Of a stretch of 64,000 nt of DNA, positions 9,367 through 22,293 are shown piece by piece; position 1 is the stretch's first letter; each line of letters starts with the position of its first letter. Under the pieces are notes generated by a model that was given only the letters and a program-made list of their open reading frames with translations, was not told the origin of the DNA and did no database searches. Location of the stretch: assembly GCA_002423485.1 (NCBI GenBank), contig DIWH01000066.1, positions 70,193 to 134,192 of the forward strand, given 5' to 3'. A program made the position numbers and the translations under genes. This DNA is from Candidatus Xenobium occultum (GTDB lineage: Bacteria > Vulcanimicrobiota > Xenobia > Xenobiales > Xenobiaceae).

Positions 9367-9634
9367 GGCCGGGCCCCTTCCAGACCACTTCCGCACGGGC
9401 GACCCGGTCGAGTTCCATCGGGACTGGGATCCCGGCTTTGCGCCGGATGACCCCTTCTACAAGGCTCCCGTCCCGGCAGGTTCACGCGGCGAGGTCCTGG
9501 AGGTGGGGCCGGACTACGTGCGGGTCCGGATGCAGGACGTTCAACGCTGGGCGACGCCCCTGATCGTCTGGGCGGAAGGCCGCTTCCCCGACCGGATACC
9601 CGGCGGGCTCTCCTGTCTGCGCAAGCTCAACTGA
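9350..9634 (+). CDS. Small hypothetical protein (94 aa), translationally coupled to the preceding gene
   Basis: ATG at 9350 lies inside the stop region of the upstream ORF. Sequence MGSPPEAGPLPDHFRTGDPVEFHRDWDPGF...VRVRMQDVQRWATPLIVWAEG. No recognisable motif. Confidence 0.45.
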   Translation: MGSPPEAGPLPDHFRTGDPVEFHRDWDPGFAPDDPFYKAPVPAGSRGEVLEVGPDYVRVRMQDVQRWATPLIVWAEGRFPDRIPGGLSCLRKLN

Positions 9635-9652
9635 GGCGCCTCCCGGGCGGCC

Positions 9653-10456
9653 TCAGCCGTCCGAGCGCTTGCGCCCCATCCAGGTGTAGATCCCCATGGT
9701 GGTCACGGTGCAGACCAGCATCAGGGTGGAGACCGCGTTGATCTCCGGGGTGACCCCGAACTTCAGCATCGAGTGGATGGTCAAAGGCAGGGTATTGGCT
9801 CCGACCCCGGCCGTGAAGAACGTGATCACGAAGTCGTCGAAGGACAGGGTGAAGCACAAAAGAGCCCCCGAAATGATTCCGGGAAGAATCTGGGGGAGGG
9901 TCACCAGGCGGAAGGTCTCCCACGGGGTGGCCCCCAGGTCGGCCGCCGCCTCTTCCAGGGACGGGTCCATGCCCGCCAGGCGGGCCCGGACGGTGATGAT
10001 CACGTAAGAGACGCAGAACGCGATGTGGGCCAGCATCACCGTGTACAGGGACAGGGGCTGACGGATCGTCAGGAAGAACGTCAGGACTGACAGGCCCATG
10101 ACGATCTCGGGGACCACCAGGGGAATGAAGACCAGTCCTCCCACCAGACCCCGCCCCAGGAAGCGGTGGCGTGAGAGCGCCAGGGCGGCCATGGTGCCCA
10201 GGACCGTGGCCACCAGGGTGGCCACCAGGCTGACCTTCAGGCTGTTGGCCACGGCGCGGTGGACCGTCTCGTTGCTCAGCAGGCGGAAGTACCAGTCCAG
10301 GGTGAAGCCCTTCCAGGCGGCGTTGCGGTGGTCGGCGTTGAAGCTGAAGACCACCAGGACCACGATGGGGGCATACAGGAAGGCATAGACCGCCAGGGCG
10401 TGGAGCCGCAGAAGCCAGTTGGGGCCGCGGCTGCGGCCGGTTCCCAGGTGGTTCAC
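9653..10456 (-). CDS. potC: Spermidine/putrescine ABC transporter permease PotC
   Basis: Six TM segments, ABC permease EAA-like loop LEEAAADLGATPWETF. GTG start overlaps the potB stop (GTGA). The upstream 160 codons of the ORF-track entry are non-protein-like. Confidence 0.85.
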   Translation of the reverse strand: MNHLGTGRSRGPNWLLRLHALAVYAFLYAPIVVLVVFSFNADHRNAAWKGFTLDWYFRLLSNETVHRAVANSLKVSLVATLVATVLGTMAALALSRHRFLGRGLVGGLVFIPLVVPEIVMGLSVLTFFLTIRQPLSLYTVMLAHIAFCVSYVIITVRARLAGMDPSLEEAAADLGATPWETFRLVTLPQILPGIISGALLCFTLSFDDFVITFFTAGVGANTLPLTIHSMLKFGVTPEINAVSTLMLVCTVTTMGIYTWMGRKRSDG

Positions 10457-11337
10457 GCCAGGGACTCCGCCGAGCCCACCAGCTTCAGGAAGGCCAGGAT
10501 CGAGACCAGCATCAGGCCCATCAGCACCAGGGACAGGGCCGAGCCGAAGGGCCAGTCGTAACTGGCCAGGAACTGCTGCTGGATCAGGTTTCCGATCATC
10601 AGGGTGTCCACCCCGCCCAGGATCTCCGGGGTCACGAAGTCGCCCATGGCCGGGACGAAGGTCAGCAGGCCTCCCGCCACCACCCCGGGCAGCGACAGCG
10701 GGAACACGACCTTCCAGAAGGTGGTGGCCGGCCGGGCCCCCAGGTCGGCCGCCGCTTCCAACAGGGTGCCATCCAGGCGTTCCAGGGCCACGTACAGGGG
10801 GAGGGTGGCGAAGGGCAGGAAGCCGTAGGTCAACCCCAGGACCACCGAGAAGGGCGTGTTGAGAAGAGACAGTGGCTCGCGGATCAGCCCCAGCCCCAGC
10901 AGCGCGCCGTTCAGCAGGCCCTCGGTCTGCAGCAGGGTCATCCACGAGAAGATGCGGACCAGGTATGAGGTCCAGAAGGGCAGCATGACCAGCAAGAGGA
11001 GCAGGGCCTTGTGGCGACCTCCGTGGCGGGCGATGAACCAGGCCAACGGGTAGCCGGCCAGAAGGCAGAAGAAGCTGGTCAGGCCGGCGTAGCGCGCCGA
11101 GCGCAGCAGGATCGGGAGGTTCTCGGGGTCCAGGACGCGCTGATAGTTGTCCAGGGTCCAGGCCGGCTCGAGGTGGTATTGGTCGTTGACCTGGTGGGTG
11201 GACAGGACCACCACCGAGGCCAGGGGCAGGACCAGGAACGTCAGCACGTACAGCAGGAAGGGGGCCACCAGGAGGAGGCCAACCCAGCGCGAGGCGATCC
11301 GTCGGGGCCCTCCCGGGGCCGAGGTCGCGGCGCTCAC
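10453..11337 (-). CDS. potB: Spermidine/putrescine ABC transporter permease PotB
   Basis: TM permease with LLEAAADLGARPATTFWKVVFPLSLPGV (EAA motif). Overlaps potD and potC by 4 nt each. Confidence 0.85.
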   Translation of the reverse strand: MSAATSAPGGPRRIASRWVGLLLVAPFLLYVLTFLVLPLASVVVLSTHQVNDQYHLEPAWTLDNYQRVLDPENLPILLRSARYAGLTSFFCLLAGYPLAWFIARHGGRHKALLLLLVMLPFWTSYLVRIFSWMTLLQTEGLLNGALLGLGLIREPLSLLNTPFSVVLGLTYGFLPFATLPLYVALERLDGTLLEAAADLGARPATTFWKVVFPLSLPGVVAGGLLTFVPAMGDFVTPEILGGVDTLMIGNLIQQQFLASYDWPFGSALSLVLMGLMLVSILAFLKLVGSAESLA

Positions 11338-12437
11338 GAGGGATTTGGGGGCCCGGACGGCCCGCCGCGGAACTTCAACTGGCCCCAGATCTGGTCCCAG
11401 AGGCGCTCACCCGGGCCCAGGTCCGCCTGGAAGATCGTCCGGTCCAGCATGTCCTGGGGAGGGTAGCCCAGGGGGTTCTCCAGCAGATCGGGGCGGACCC
11501 GCTCGCGGGCCTTGGCCAGGGTGGAAGGGAATCCCGTCGCGTTGGTCACCTCGGCCAGGGGCTCGGGCTGCATCAGGTAGTTCAGGAAGGCGATGGCCTC
11601 CTGAGGATGCGGAGCCTCCCGAGGCACACACCACGAGTCGACGAAGACGAAGCTGCCTTCCCGGGGGAGGAAGTAGTCCACGTCGGGGTTGGAAGCCCGG
11701 GCTCGGGCGACGTCTCCGCTCCAGGCCAGGGCCAGCCAGATCTCGTTGCGGGCCAGCCCGTCGATGTAGTCGTTGGTGTACTGCTTGACCAGGGGCTTCT
11801 GCTCCTCCAATGCCCGGCTGGCGTCCTCGAGCTCGGACCGGTCCACGGTGTTCCCCGAATGACCCAGTCGGATCAGCGAGGCTCCCAGGGTGTCGCGCTT
11901 CTCATCCAGCATGGTGATGTGGCCGCGATAGGTCGGATCCCACAGGATGTTCCAGGAATCGGGGACCCCCTGGACCCGTCGCCGGTTGTAGCCGATGCCC
12001 GTCGTGCCCCAGAGGTAGGGCACCGAGAAGCGCAATTCGGGATCCCAGGGAGGGTGGCGGAAGCGCTCCATCATGCCGTCCCGGTTCGCAAAGTCGTCCA
12101 GGGGGGCCAGGAGTTGTTGGCGCAGCAGGCGGCGCAGCATGTAGTCCGAGGCCACCACCAGGTCGTAGCCAGCCCCCAGCTTGAGTTTGGCGAAGAGCAC
12201 GTCCTGGGAGGAGAACTCGTCATAGATCACCGAGATCCCCGTCTGGGAACGGAAGCGGGACACCGTGCCGGGAGCGATGTAGTTGGAGTAGTTGAAGATG
12301 TTCAGGGAGCGCCGGGCCGGGCCCGAGCATCCGCTGAGCCCAAGCCAGGCCAGGGCTGCCAGGGAGCGGCCCAGGAACTCTCGTCGGCCGGGGCCCGGCG
12401 GATGGGCAGCCAGGACCCGAAGGACCGGTTCGCTCAC
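11334..12437 (-). CDS. potD: Spermidine/putrescine-binding periplasmic lipoprotein PotD (Tat/lipobox signal)
   Basis: RREFLGRSLAALAWLGLSGCSG (twin-arginine motif plus lipobox), then a PotD/PotF-type SBP fold (NIFNYSNYIAPG...WSGDVARA...). Confidence 0.8.
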   Translation of the reverse strand: MSEPVLRVLAAHPPGPGRREFLGRSLAALAWLGLSGCSGPARRSLNIFNYSNYIAPGTVSRFRSQTGISVIYDEFSSQDVLFAKLKLGAGYDLVVASDYMLRRLLRQQLLAPLDDFANRDGMMERFRHPPWDPELRFSVPYLWGTTGIGYNRRRVQGVPDSWNILWDPTYRGHITMLDEKRDTLGASLIRLGHSGNTVDRSELEDASRALEEQKPLVKQYTNDYIDGLARNEIWLALAWSGDVARARASNPDVDYFLPREGSFVFVDSWCVPREAPHPQEAIAFLNYLMQPEPLAEVTNATGFPSTLAKARERVRPDLLENPLGYPPQDMLDRTIFQADLGPGERLWDQIWGQLKFRGGPSGPPNPS

Positions 12438-13528
12438 CTGGCCGAGTGCATCAAGGGCAGGAGCGTGGCGCTGGAAGGCCCCCAGTTGACCCAGACCGGC
12501 TCGCCCGGGTTGAAGTCTGCGCAGGCGCCGTGCTGTTGGTTCTGCTGCTCGGCCAGCAGCACATGGTCCTCCGAGACCCGGACCGAGAATCGGGTGCAGG
12601 CCCCCATGAAGACCGAGTCCACCACCGTCCCGGGCAGGCAGTTCCCGGTTTCGGCAGCCCGGGTCAGGCGCAATCGCTCGGGACGCAACGAGAGCTCCGC
12701 CTGGGCGCCTGCGTCGACGCCCTTGCGGGAGGGGACCAGGATCTCGCGATCCGAGAGGACCACGGTGGTCCGGCCGTTCTGGACCGAGCGGACCTTCACG
12801 GGCAGGAAGTTGGCGATCCCGATGAAGTCGGCGACGAACCGGGTGGCCGGGTGGTCGTAGATGTCCCGAGGAGGGCCGATCTGTTCGACTCGTCCGGCGT
12901 TCATCACGGCCACCGAGTCGGACATGGTCAGGGCCTCCTCCTGGTCATGGGTGACCAGCACGAAGGTGATGCCCAGCTCCTTCTGCAAGCGCTTGAGCTC
13001 GAACTGCATGTCGCGGCGCAGTTTCTGGTCCAGAGCGGCCAGGGGCTCGTCCAGCAGCAGGACCTCGGGTTCATTGACCAGGGCCCGGGCCAGGGCCACG
13101 CGCTGCTGCTGACCTCCCGAAAGTTGCTGGATGCGCCGGCGGCCCATCCCGTCCAGGCGGACCAGGCCCAGGATCCATTCGACCTTGGATCGGATCTCCC
13201 GGAGGTTCAGGCGGCGTCGGCGCAAGCCGAAGGCGACGTTTTCGAAGACGTCCATGTGGGGGAACAGGGCATAGTTCTGGAAGACCGTGTTGACCCGTCT
13301 CTGGAAGGGAGCCAGGTGGGTGACATCCTGGCCGTTGATTCGGATGCAGCCGCTGTCGGGTTCGTCAAACCCGGCGATCATGCGCAGCGTGGTCGTCTTG
13401 CCGCATCCGGAGGGCCCCAGAAGCGAGAAGAAGGCGCCGCGCTGCACCTCGAGGTCGACCCGATCGACGGCTTTGACGTTGCCGAATCGACGCGTGACCT
13501 CCCGAAACTCCACGACAAGGTTGTTCAA
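12434..13528 (-). CDS. potA: Spermidine/putrescine import ATP-binding protein PotA
   Basis: Walker A GPSGCGKTT, signature LSGGQQQRVALARAL, Walker B LLLDEPLAALD, plus a C-terminal TOBE-like regulatory domain. Confidence 0.9.
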   Translation of the reverse strand: MNNLVVEFREVTRRFGNVKAVDRVDLEVQRGAFFSLLGPSGCGKTTTLRMIAGFDEPDSGCIRINGQDVTHLAPFQRRVNTVFQNYALFPHMDVFENVAFGLRRRRLNLREIRSKVEWILGLVRLDGMGRRRIQQLSGGQQQRVALARALVNEPEVLLLDEPLAALDQKLRRDMQFELKRLQKELGITFVLVTHDQEEALTMSDSVAVMNAGRVEQIGPPRDIYDHPATRFVADFIGIANFLPVKVRSVQNGRTTVVLSDREILVPSRKGVDAGAQAELSLRPERLRLTRAAETGNCLPGTVVDSVFMGACTRFSVRVSEDHVLLAEQQNQQHGACADFNPGEPVWVNWGPSSATLLPLMHSAR

Positions 13529-13647
13529 CGATCGACCACCCTTCCCGGTGCCTGGACGGACTCCGTCTTGAAATCATGCAGGGTCCATACTAGCGGATCC
13601 CGTCCCCCGTGAACAGCACCTGGGCGGGAAATAAATGCCGGGGGAGT

Positions 13648-14883
13648 CTACCACCTCTGGAGCAGGCGGGCCTGGACCAGGAAGGCCAGGCGCATCAAAG
13701 CCTGGGTATCGCCGACCCGGTCGTCCATGGCCAACTCCAGGACCACTCCCTTGCGGGGGAAGAAGGCGATGAGGACCTGGACCCCTCCCTCCTCGATTCG
13801 GGCCGAGCCGCCGAAGGGATCGGGGTCGGGGTCCTGGAGCGGATCCCGAGGTGGGGGAGGAGACTCGAGAGGTTCTTCCGTGGCCTCCTGGGCGCCGGGA
13901 CCCGGGGAGGCCGCCTCGGGCTCCGGCGTCAGGGATCGGGTGTCGGGTCGGAGATTGTCCGGCAGGCCCAGATCCACCGGAATCGACTGGAAGGCCGGCG
14001 CCGAGCGGGCCTGGATCAGGCCCTCGTCCAGCAGGTCGTAGCGGACGGGGCCCTGGAAGGCGATTTCTTCGAAGGCGGTCTGGGGCGAGGGCTCCGGAGA
14101 GGGTTGGGGGGCGACCTCGGGCTGCGCAGCGGGTTCTTCGGGGCGCTGGCGGGGAAGCAGCGAGAGGAAGGCGCTCTCGCCCAGGCCTTCCACCGTCCGG
14201 CGGTTGGGGGCTGCGGCCCGCAGGGTCTGGAAGTGGCGTTCTGCGGTCAGGCCGCTGGTCCCGCCATACAGCGCGATCTGGAAGAAGCCCCGAGTGCGCG
14301 TGTGGTAGCGGCGCAGGGTGAACGGGCGCGGAAGGTTCGCCTCCGGAGCCAGCAACTGTTGGCCCAGGGCCGTGGGCCGAGGGCGCAGTGCGGCGGCGGG
14401 AGCCTCGCGGACGTCCGTCGAGACGTCGGCGAAGACCACCGGCCGCAAGCCCTGGGGCTGAACCCGTTCCTGCCAGACCTTTCGGGCCTCGTCGGGAAGG
14501 TCGCTGGGAGGGGGCGGTTCCAGGGCCGGAAAGGGGGCCACCTCCCAGGAGGACTGGGGCCGGGTCAGCATGGGCTTCTGATTGGGAACCGCCTCGACTC
14601 CTCCCAGGGGGAGACGGGGCTCTTCGAAGAGGAGATCCGCCTCTTCCTGGGCGCGGCCGGGTTCCTCAGGGCAGCCCGTCACCTCCTGGATCTCCTGCTC
14701 GGTGACCAGGCGCCAGGCCAGGTTCCGGGGATAGCGCAGCCCGTCCTGATCCGCCTGGACGGACAAGGAGCCCAGGACCAGGAGGGCGGCCAGGAACAGG
14801 CAGGCGAGTCGAGGGACCTGAAAGCGCGGCCGAATGCCACGGTCGGTGGCGGATTCAGGAGGGGGGAACCGGCTTGACAGCAT
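13648..14883 (-). CDS. Hypothetical secreted Pro/Glu-rich protein
   Basis: Chosen start MLSSRF... gives a signal peptide (ACLFLAALLVLGSLSVQA). Low-complexity Pro-rich body. The strand choice over the overlapping plus-strand ORF rests on the signal peptide only. Confidence 0.4.
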   Translation of the reverse strand: MLSSRFPPPESATDRGIRPRFQVPRLACLFLAALLVLGSLSVQADQDGLRYPRNLAWRLVTEQEIQEVTGCPEEPGRAQEEADLLFEEPRLPLGGVEAVPNQKPMLTRPQSSWEVAPFPALEPPPPSDLPDEARKVWQERVQPQGLRPVVFADVSTDVREAPAAALRPRPTALGQQLLAPEANLPRPFTLRRYHTRTRGFFQIALYGGTSGLTAERHFQTLRAAAPNRRTVEGLGESAFLSLLPRQRPEEPAAQPEVAPQPSPEPSPQTAFEEIAFQGPVRYDLLDEGLIQARSAPAFQSIPVDLGLPDNLRPDTRSLTPEPEAASPGPGAQEATEEPLESPPPPRDPLQDPDPDPFGGSARIEEGGVQVLIAFFPRKGVVLELAMDDRVGDTQALMRLAFLVQARLLQRW

Positions 14884-14983
14884 GGGTTGGAGGAGGTTCT
14901 GCCTGCCAGCCCCGCTTCCTTTCGCTAGGAATTGGCCCGACCCCAGGCGAAGCCCGACCCATCCGGGAGAAGCGAGGTGGCAC

Positions 14984-16372
14984 ATGATTCGGCTTCGGTT
15001 TCTGGGCGCGGCAGGCACGGTGACGGGGTCACGCTATCTCCTGGATTGGCAGGGGCATCGGTTCATGGTGGACTGCGGGCTCTTCCAGGGCTCCAAGGAG
15101 CTGCGACTGCGCAATCGGGAGCCTTTCGCGGTGCCGGCGGGCAGCGTCGAGGCGGTGGTGCTGACCCACGCCCACATCGACCACTCCGGGTACCTTCCTC
15201 TGCTGCGGCGCACGGGGTTTTCCGGCCCGATCCACTCCACGGGAGGCACCCGGGACCTGTGCGGCCTGCTCTTGCCCGATTCGGCCCAGATCCAGGAGGA
15301 AGAGGCCTCCTACGCCAACCGCCACAAGACGTCCAAGCATCGACCCGCCTTGCCCCTGTACACGCGGGCGGACGCCGAGGCCTGCCTGGGACAGTTCCAG
15401 GACCACCCCTATCGCCAGCCCTTCCAGGTCGTGCCCGGCGTCCAGGCGGTCTTCCGCGACGCGGGTCATATCCTGGGGTCGGCGCGCGTGGAGATCCTCT
15501 TCGAGGGCGACCCGCCGCGGCGCCTGGTCTTCTCGGGGGACCTCGGTCGTCTGGATGCCCCCATCCTGCGAGACCCGGAGCCCCTGGAAGAGGCCGACTG
15601 GCTGGTCCTGGAGTCCACCTATGGCGACCGGGTCCACACCGACCATCCCGTCGAGAAGAACCTGCGTGACCTGGTTCGCGCCGGGGTCCAGCGCGGAGGG
15701 GTGATCGTGGTGCCGGCCTTTGCCGTCGAGCGCACCCAGGAAGTCGTCTATCTGCTGGACGAGTTGCTTCACCAGGGCGCCATCCCCTCCATCCCGGTCT
15801 ACGTCGACTCGCCCATGGCGGTCCGGGCCTTCCGTTTCTTCCAGGACTACCCGCAGTATTACGACGAGGACGCCCGGCGTCTGCTGGAATCGGGGCGCCG
15901 GGTCCTGTCCTTCCCGGGCCTGAAGCTGTGCGAGACGGTCGACGATTCCAAGGCCATCAATCGGGCCCGTCCGCCCTTCCTGGTCATCTCGGCCAGCGGA
16001 ATGGCCACGGGGGGCCGAGTCCTGCACCACCTCAAACGCTACCTGCCGGATCCGGCCAACACGGTGCTGCTGGTCGGCTACCAGGCCGTGGGGACCCGAG
16101 GCTGGCGCCTGCAGCAAGGCGAAGAGAGCGTGCGGATCTTCGGCGAGTCGGTGCGGGTTCGGGCCTGGATCGACAAGCTGGATGGCTTCTCGGGCCACGC
16201 CGACTCGATCCAGCTCGAGCGCTGGGCCACCGGCCTGGCGCGGCCTCCGCGCCGGGTCTTCCTGACCCACGGCGAGCCCGAGGCCCTGGAAGCCCAGCGC
16301 GCCCGTCTGGCCTCCAGGCCGGGATGGGAGGTGCACGTCGCGACCCACGACGAGGAGGTCATCCTGGAGTGA
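14984..16372 (+). CDS. Metallo-beta-lactamase-fold beta-CASP ribonuclease (RNA-processing exonuclease family)
   Basis: HAHIDHSGYLP (HxHxDH), beta-CASP motifs, C-terminal FLTHGEPEALEA. RBS gcgaGGTGGcacATG at 14984. Confidence 0.8.
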   Translation: MIRLRFLGAAGTVTGSRYLLDWQGHRFMVDCGLFQGSKELRLRNREPFAVPAGSVEAVVLTHAHIDHSGYLPLLRRTGFSGPIHSTGGTRDLCGLLLPDSAQIQEEEASYANRHKTSKHRPALPLYTRADAEACLGQFQDHPYRQPFQVVPGVQAVFRDAGHILGSARVEILFEGDPPRRLVFSGDLGRLDAPILRDPEPLEEADWLVLESTYGDRVHTDHPVEKNLRDLVRAGVQRGGVIVVPAFAVERTQEVVYLLDELLHQGAIPSIPVYVDSPMAVRAFRFFQDYPQYYDEDARRLLESGRRVLSFPGLKLCETVDDSKAINRARPPFLVISASGMATGGRVLHHLKRYLPDPANTVLLVGYQAVGTRGWRLQQGEESVRIFGESVRVRAWIDKLDGFSGHADSIQLERWATGLARPPRRVFLTHGEPEALEAQRARLASRPGWEVHVATHDEEVILE

Positions 16373-17016
16373 CCTTCCTGAACATCCCTCTGGCCAGCAC
16401 CCAGACCCGCCTGGCCCTGGGCGGGGGAGGCCTGGTGGCCCAGGCCATCCGCCGGGCCTCGCTGGCCCTGGACCCGTACGTCCCGCGCTGGGACCTGGAT
16501 TTTCGCGACCTGGGGGTGGCGGATTCCGGGGCGGTCCGGAAGGGGGCGAGGATCCTGCTGGGTCCAGGCGCTCCTCCCGAGGACGAGCCCGTCGTCTACG
16601 TCGGGGCCGGTGTCCCGCTGCTGGCCCGGGTTCAGGCCGTCTGGTATGTGGGGGGACGGCGTTACGGGAGGGAGGACCGGGACCGGGCCCGGCATGCGCA
16701 CCGGCTCCTGCCTCTGGCTGAGGTGGGCCTGGAGGTGGGCCTGCGGACCTCCTTGCTGGAAGTGGGAGCCCGGCCCTTTCACCTGGTGGTGGATCTGGAC
16801 GTCCTGGACCCGGTCTGGGCTCCAGCGGTGGCGCGTCCCGCCGGGTTGGGGGCGGAGCCTCGCGAGCTATGGAAGGCCTTTGAAGCCCTCCGGGCCAGCA
16901 CCCTCGGTTCCTTCGAGATCCGCGGCCTTCTGCCGGGGCGCGACGCCGACGGCCAGACCGCACGGTTGGCCGCCGAGGCGGTCCGCGATCTGGCCCTGCT
17001 GGTCTGGGGCCGGTAG
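16369..17016 (+). CDS. Ureohydrolase (arginase/agmatinase/deacetylase)-fold protein. Only the C-terminal half of the fold is present, so it may be truncated or degenerate.
   Basis: HLVVDLDVLDP matches the arginase-family SxDxDxxDP metal-binding motif. The N-terminal GGDHS and DAHxD motifs are absent. GTG start overlaps the RNase stop (GTGA). The 3' end overlaps the convergent MFS gene by about 150 nt. Confidence 0.4.
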   Translation: MTFLNIPLASTQTRLALGGGGLVAQAIRRASLALDPYVPRWDLDFRDLGVADSGAVRKGARILLGPGAPPEDEPVVYVGAGVPLLARVQAVWYVGGRRYGREDRDRARHAHRLLPLAEVGLEVGLRTSLLEVGARPFHLVVDLDVLDPVWAPAVARPAGLGAEPRELWKAFEALRASTLGSFEIRGLLPGRDADGQTARLAAEAVRDLALLVWGR

Positions 17017-18339
17017 CACCTCCAGCCTGGGGCCTGGGGCCGGAGGATGAGCGGGAGCCTCTGAATCCGGCGGGTGGGTCTTCCCCGGCGGGACCGGGCG
17101 CTCTTCGACGAAACGGAAGAGCAGGCCAGCCAGGGCGACCACCACGCTCATGGTGACGAACATGGTGGGATAGCCCAGGAAGCGGACCAGGAAGCCTGCA
17201 AAGAAGGCTCCCAGGCTGCTTCCCAGGTCGGCCGAGGCCGCCACCATGCTCATCCCCGTTCCGGCGAATCGGCTTCCCAACCGGAGCACGGCCAGGGCCG
17301 AAAGGGCGGGGTAGACCATGCCGTGGCCCGTGCCTCCCAGGAAGGCCGCCAGGAGCAGCATCGGCATGGCCCGCCAACCCTCCGGGGCCAGGAAGCTGAT
17401 GGTCAACATGGCGCCGGCCTGCAGGATCAGGGAGGGGCCGACCACCCGGGAGGGCCCCATGCGGTCGGCCAGGGTGGCGGCGTAGATCCGCGTGGCTCCC
17501 GAGGCCAAGGCATACACCGCCAGGAGGATTCCCACCCCTTCCAGGCGGCGCTCATCCAGGAAGGGGGCCACGAAGGAGACCACGCTCCCGGTGGCCACGC
17601 CGAAGGCCACCGAGCCCAGCAGGGTCCCCCGCATGGTGCGGGCTCCGGCCAGGCTCCAGTAGCCCGGAACAGGTCCGCTGGGAGCGCTCTTGGGGCGACG
17701 ATCCCTCAGGGAGGGCGACCACAGGGCTCCCGCCAGGCAGACCGCCCCGCTGCCGACGAAGAGCCCGGGTTCGCCGACGTGCTTGAAGAGCTTCTCGGCC
17801 GAGAGGGGCCCCAGGGTCGCGCCCAGGAGGCCGGTGACCCCGAAGATGCCCAGGAACTCTGCCAGGCGGCCAGGGGGAGCCTGGTCGGCCACCCAGGCGG
17901 TCAGGGCCGTCAGGTAGGTGGCCACGGCCAGCCCCTGCACGGCCCGCAGGGGGATCATCGTGGCCAGGTGGACCGGCACCACCAGGTAGGCGAAGGCCAC
18001 GGCCGCCATCAGGAAGGAACCGGCGATGAAGAAGCGCCGCCTTCCCAGGACGTCCAGGCGGCGACCCAGCCAGGGTTGGACGGCCATCGAGGCCAGCCAG
18101 AAGGAGGCCTCGACCAGGCCGATCCCGTCCTCGGGCATGCCCTGGCGTGCCAGATACTTGGGGAAAAGGAGGAAGGCCGCCGCCCCGCTGCAGCACAAGA
18201 CGTTGATCAGGCAGGCACGCCAGAAGGACCAGGTGTATCCGCGGGGGTCGGGAATCTCGGGCCACCTCCAGGGGGTTGGGAAGAGCTGCCGGGCGGGATC
18301 GTGGGGTCGGGAACGTCGGCCCCAGGTGCGCGCCGGCAT
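16867..18339 (-). CDS. MFS transporter
   Basis: Twelve predicted TM helices and MFS-like loop motifs (GRRLDVLGRRRFFIAG). The low-complexity C-terminal tail overlaps the 3' end of the convergent gene. Confidence 0.75.
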   Translation of the reverse strand: MPARTWGRRSRPHDPARQLFPTPWRWPEIPDPRGYTWSFWRACLINVLCCSGAAAFLLFPKYLARQGMPEDGIGLVEASFWLASMAVQPWLGRRLDVLGRRRFFIAGSFLMAAVAFAYLVVPVHLATMIPLRAVQGLAVATYLTALTAWVADQAPPGRLAEFLGIFGVTGLLGATLGPLSAEKLFKHVGEPGLFVGSGAVCLAGALWSPSLRDRRPKSAPSGPVPGYWSLAGARTMRGTLLGSVAFGVATGSVVSFVAPFLDERRLEGVGILLAVYALASGATRIYAATLADRMGPSRVVGPSLILQAGAMLTISFLAPEGWRAMPMLLLAAFLGGTGHGMVYPALSALAVLRLGSRFAGTGMSMVAASADLGSSLGAFFAGFLVRFLGYPTMFVTMSVVVALAGLLFRFVEERPVPPGKTHPPDSEAPAHPPAPGPRLEVLPAPDQQGQIADRLGGQPCGLAVGVAPRQKAADLEGTEGAGPEGFKGLP

Positions 18340-18554
18340 TCGGGACCGCTTTCGGGAGTCCTACCGCCCGCGGAAGGCGAGGTTGGGGGAACGTGGACCT
18401 CGGGGTGGAATGGTTTTCCTCCCACCAGGAGGTCCCCCGGCGAAGGGTGCGAACCCTGCTTGCGCCAACCCTGGGTGGGTGAACCGGGGCGACCAGGGCG
18501 TTCGACGCCAGAGATGTCGACGTCCTGGTCGCTTCGCGCAATTTCAAAACAGGA

Positions 18555-22277
<3,723 letters not shown>

Positions 22278-22293
22278 GCGACCAGGCCGGCGG

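Noticed and set aside
9626-9651. Imperfect hairpin CTGAGGCGCC-tcccgg-GCGGCCTCAG between convergent genes as a terminator
   Set aside because: The stem has a mismatch and no U-tract. It overlaps the stop codon of the small gene and is only 18 nt from the potC stop, so support is too weak to list as a feature.
13609-14877. 422-aa plus-strand ORF overlapping the putative secreted Pro-rich gene
   Set aside because: No signal peptide or motif and a Gly/Arg-rich composition. The minus-strand alternative has a plausible signal peptide, so minus was preferred, though with low confidence.
15029-17377. 782-aa minus-strand ORF
   Set aside because: Antisense to the beta-CASP RNase and ureohydrolase-fold genes. 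Extreme Pro/Gly/Arg content and no motifs.
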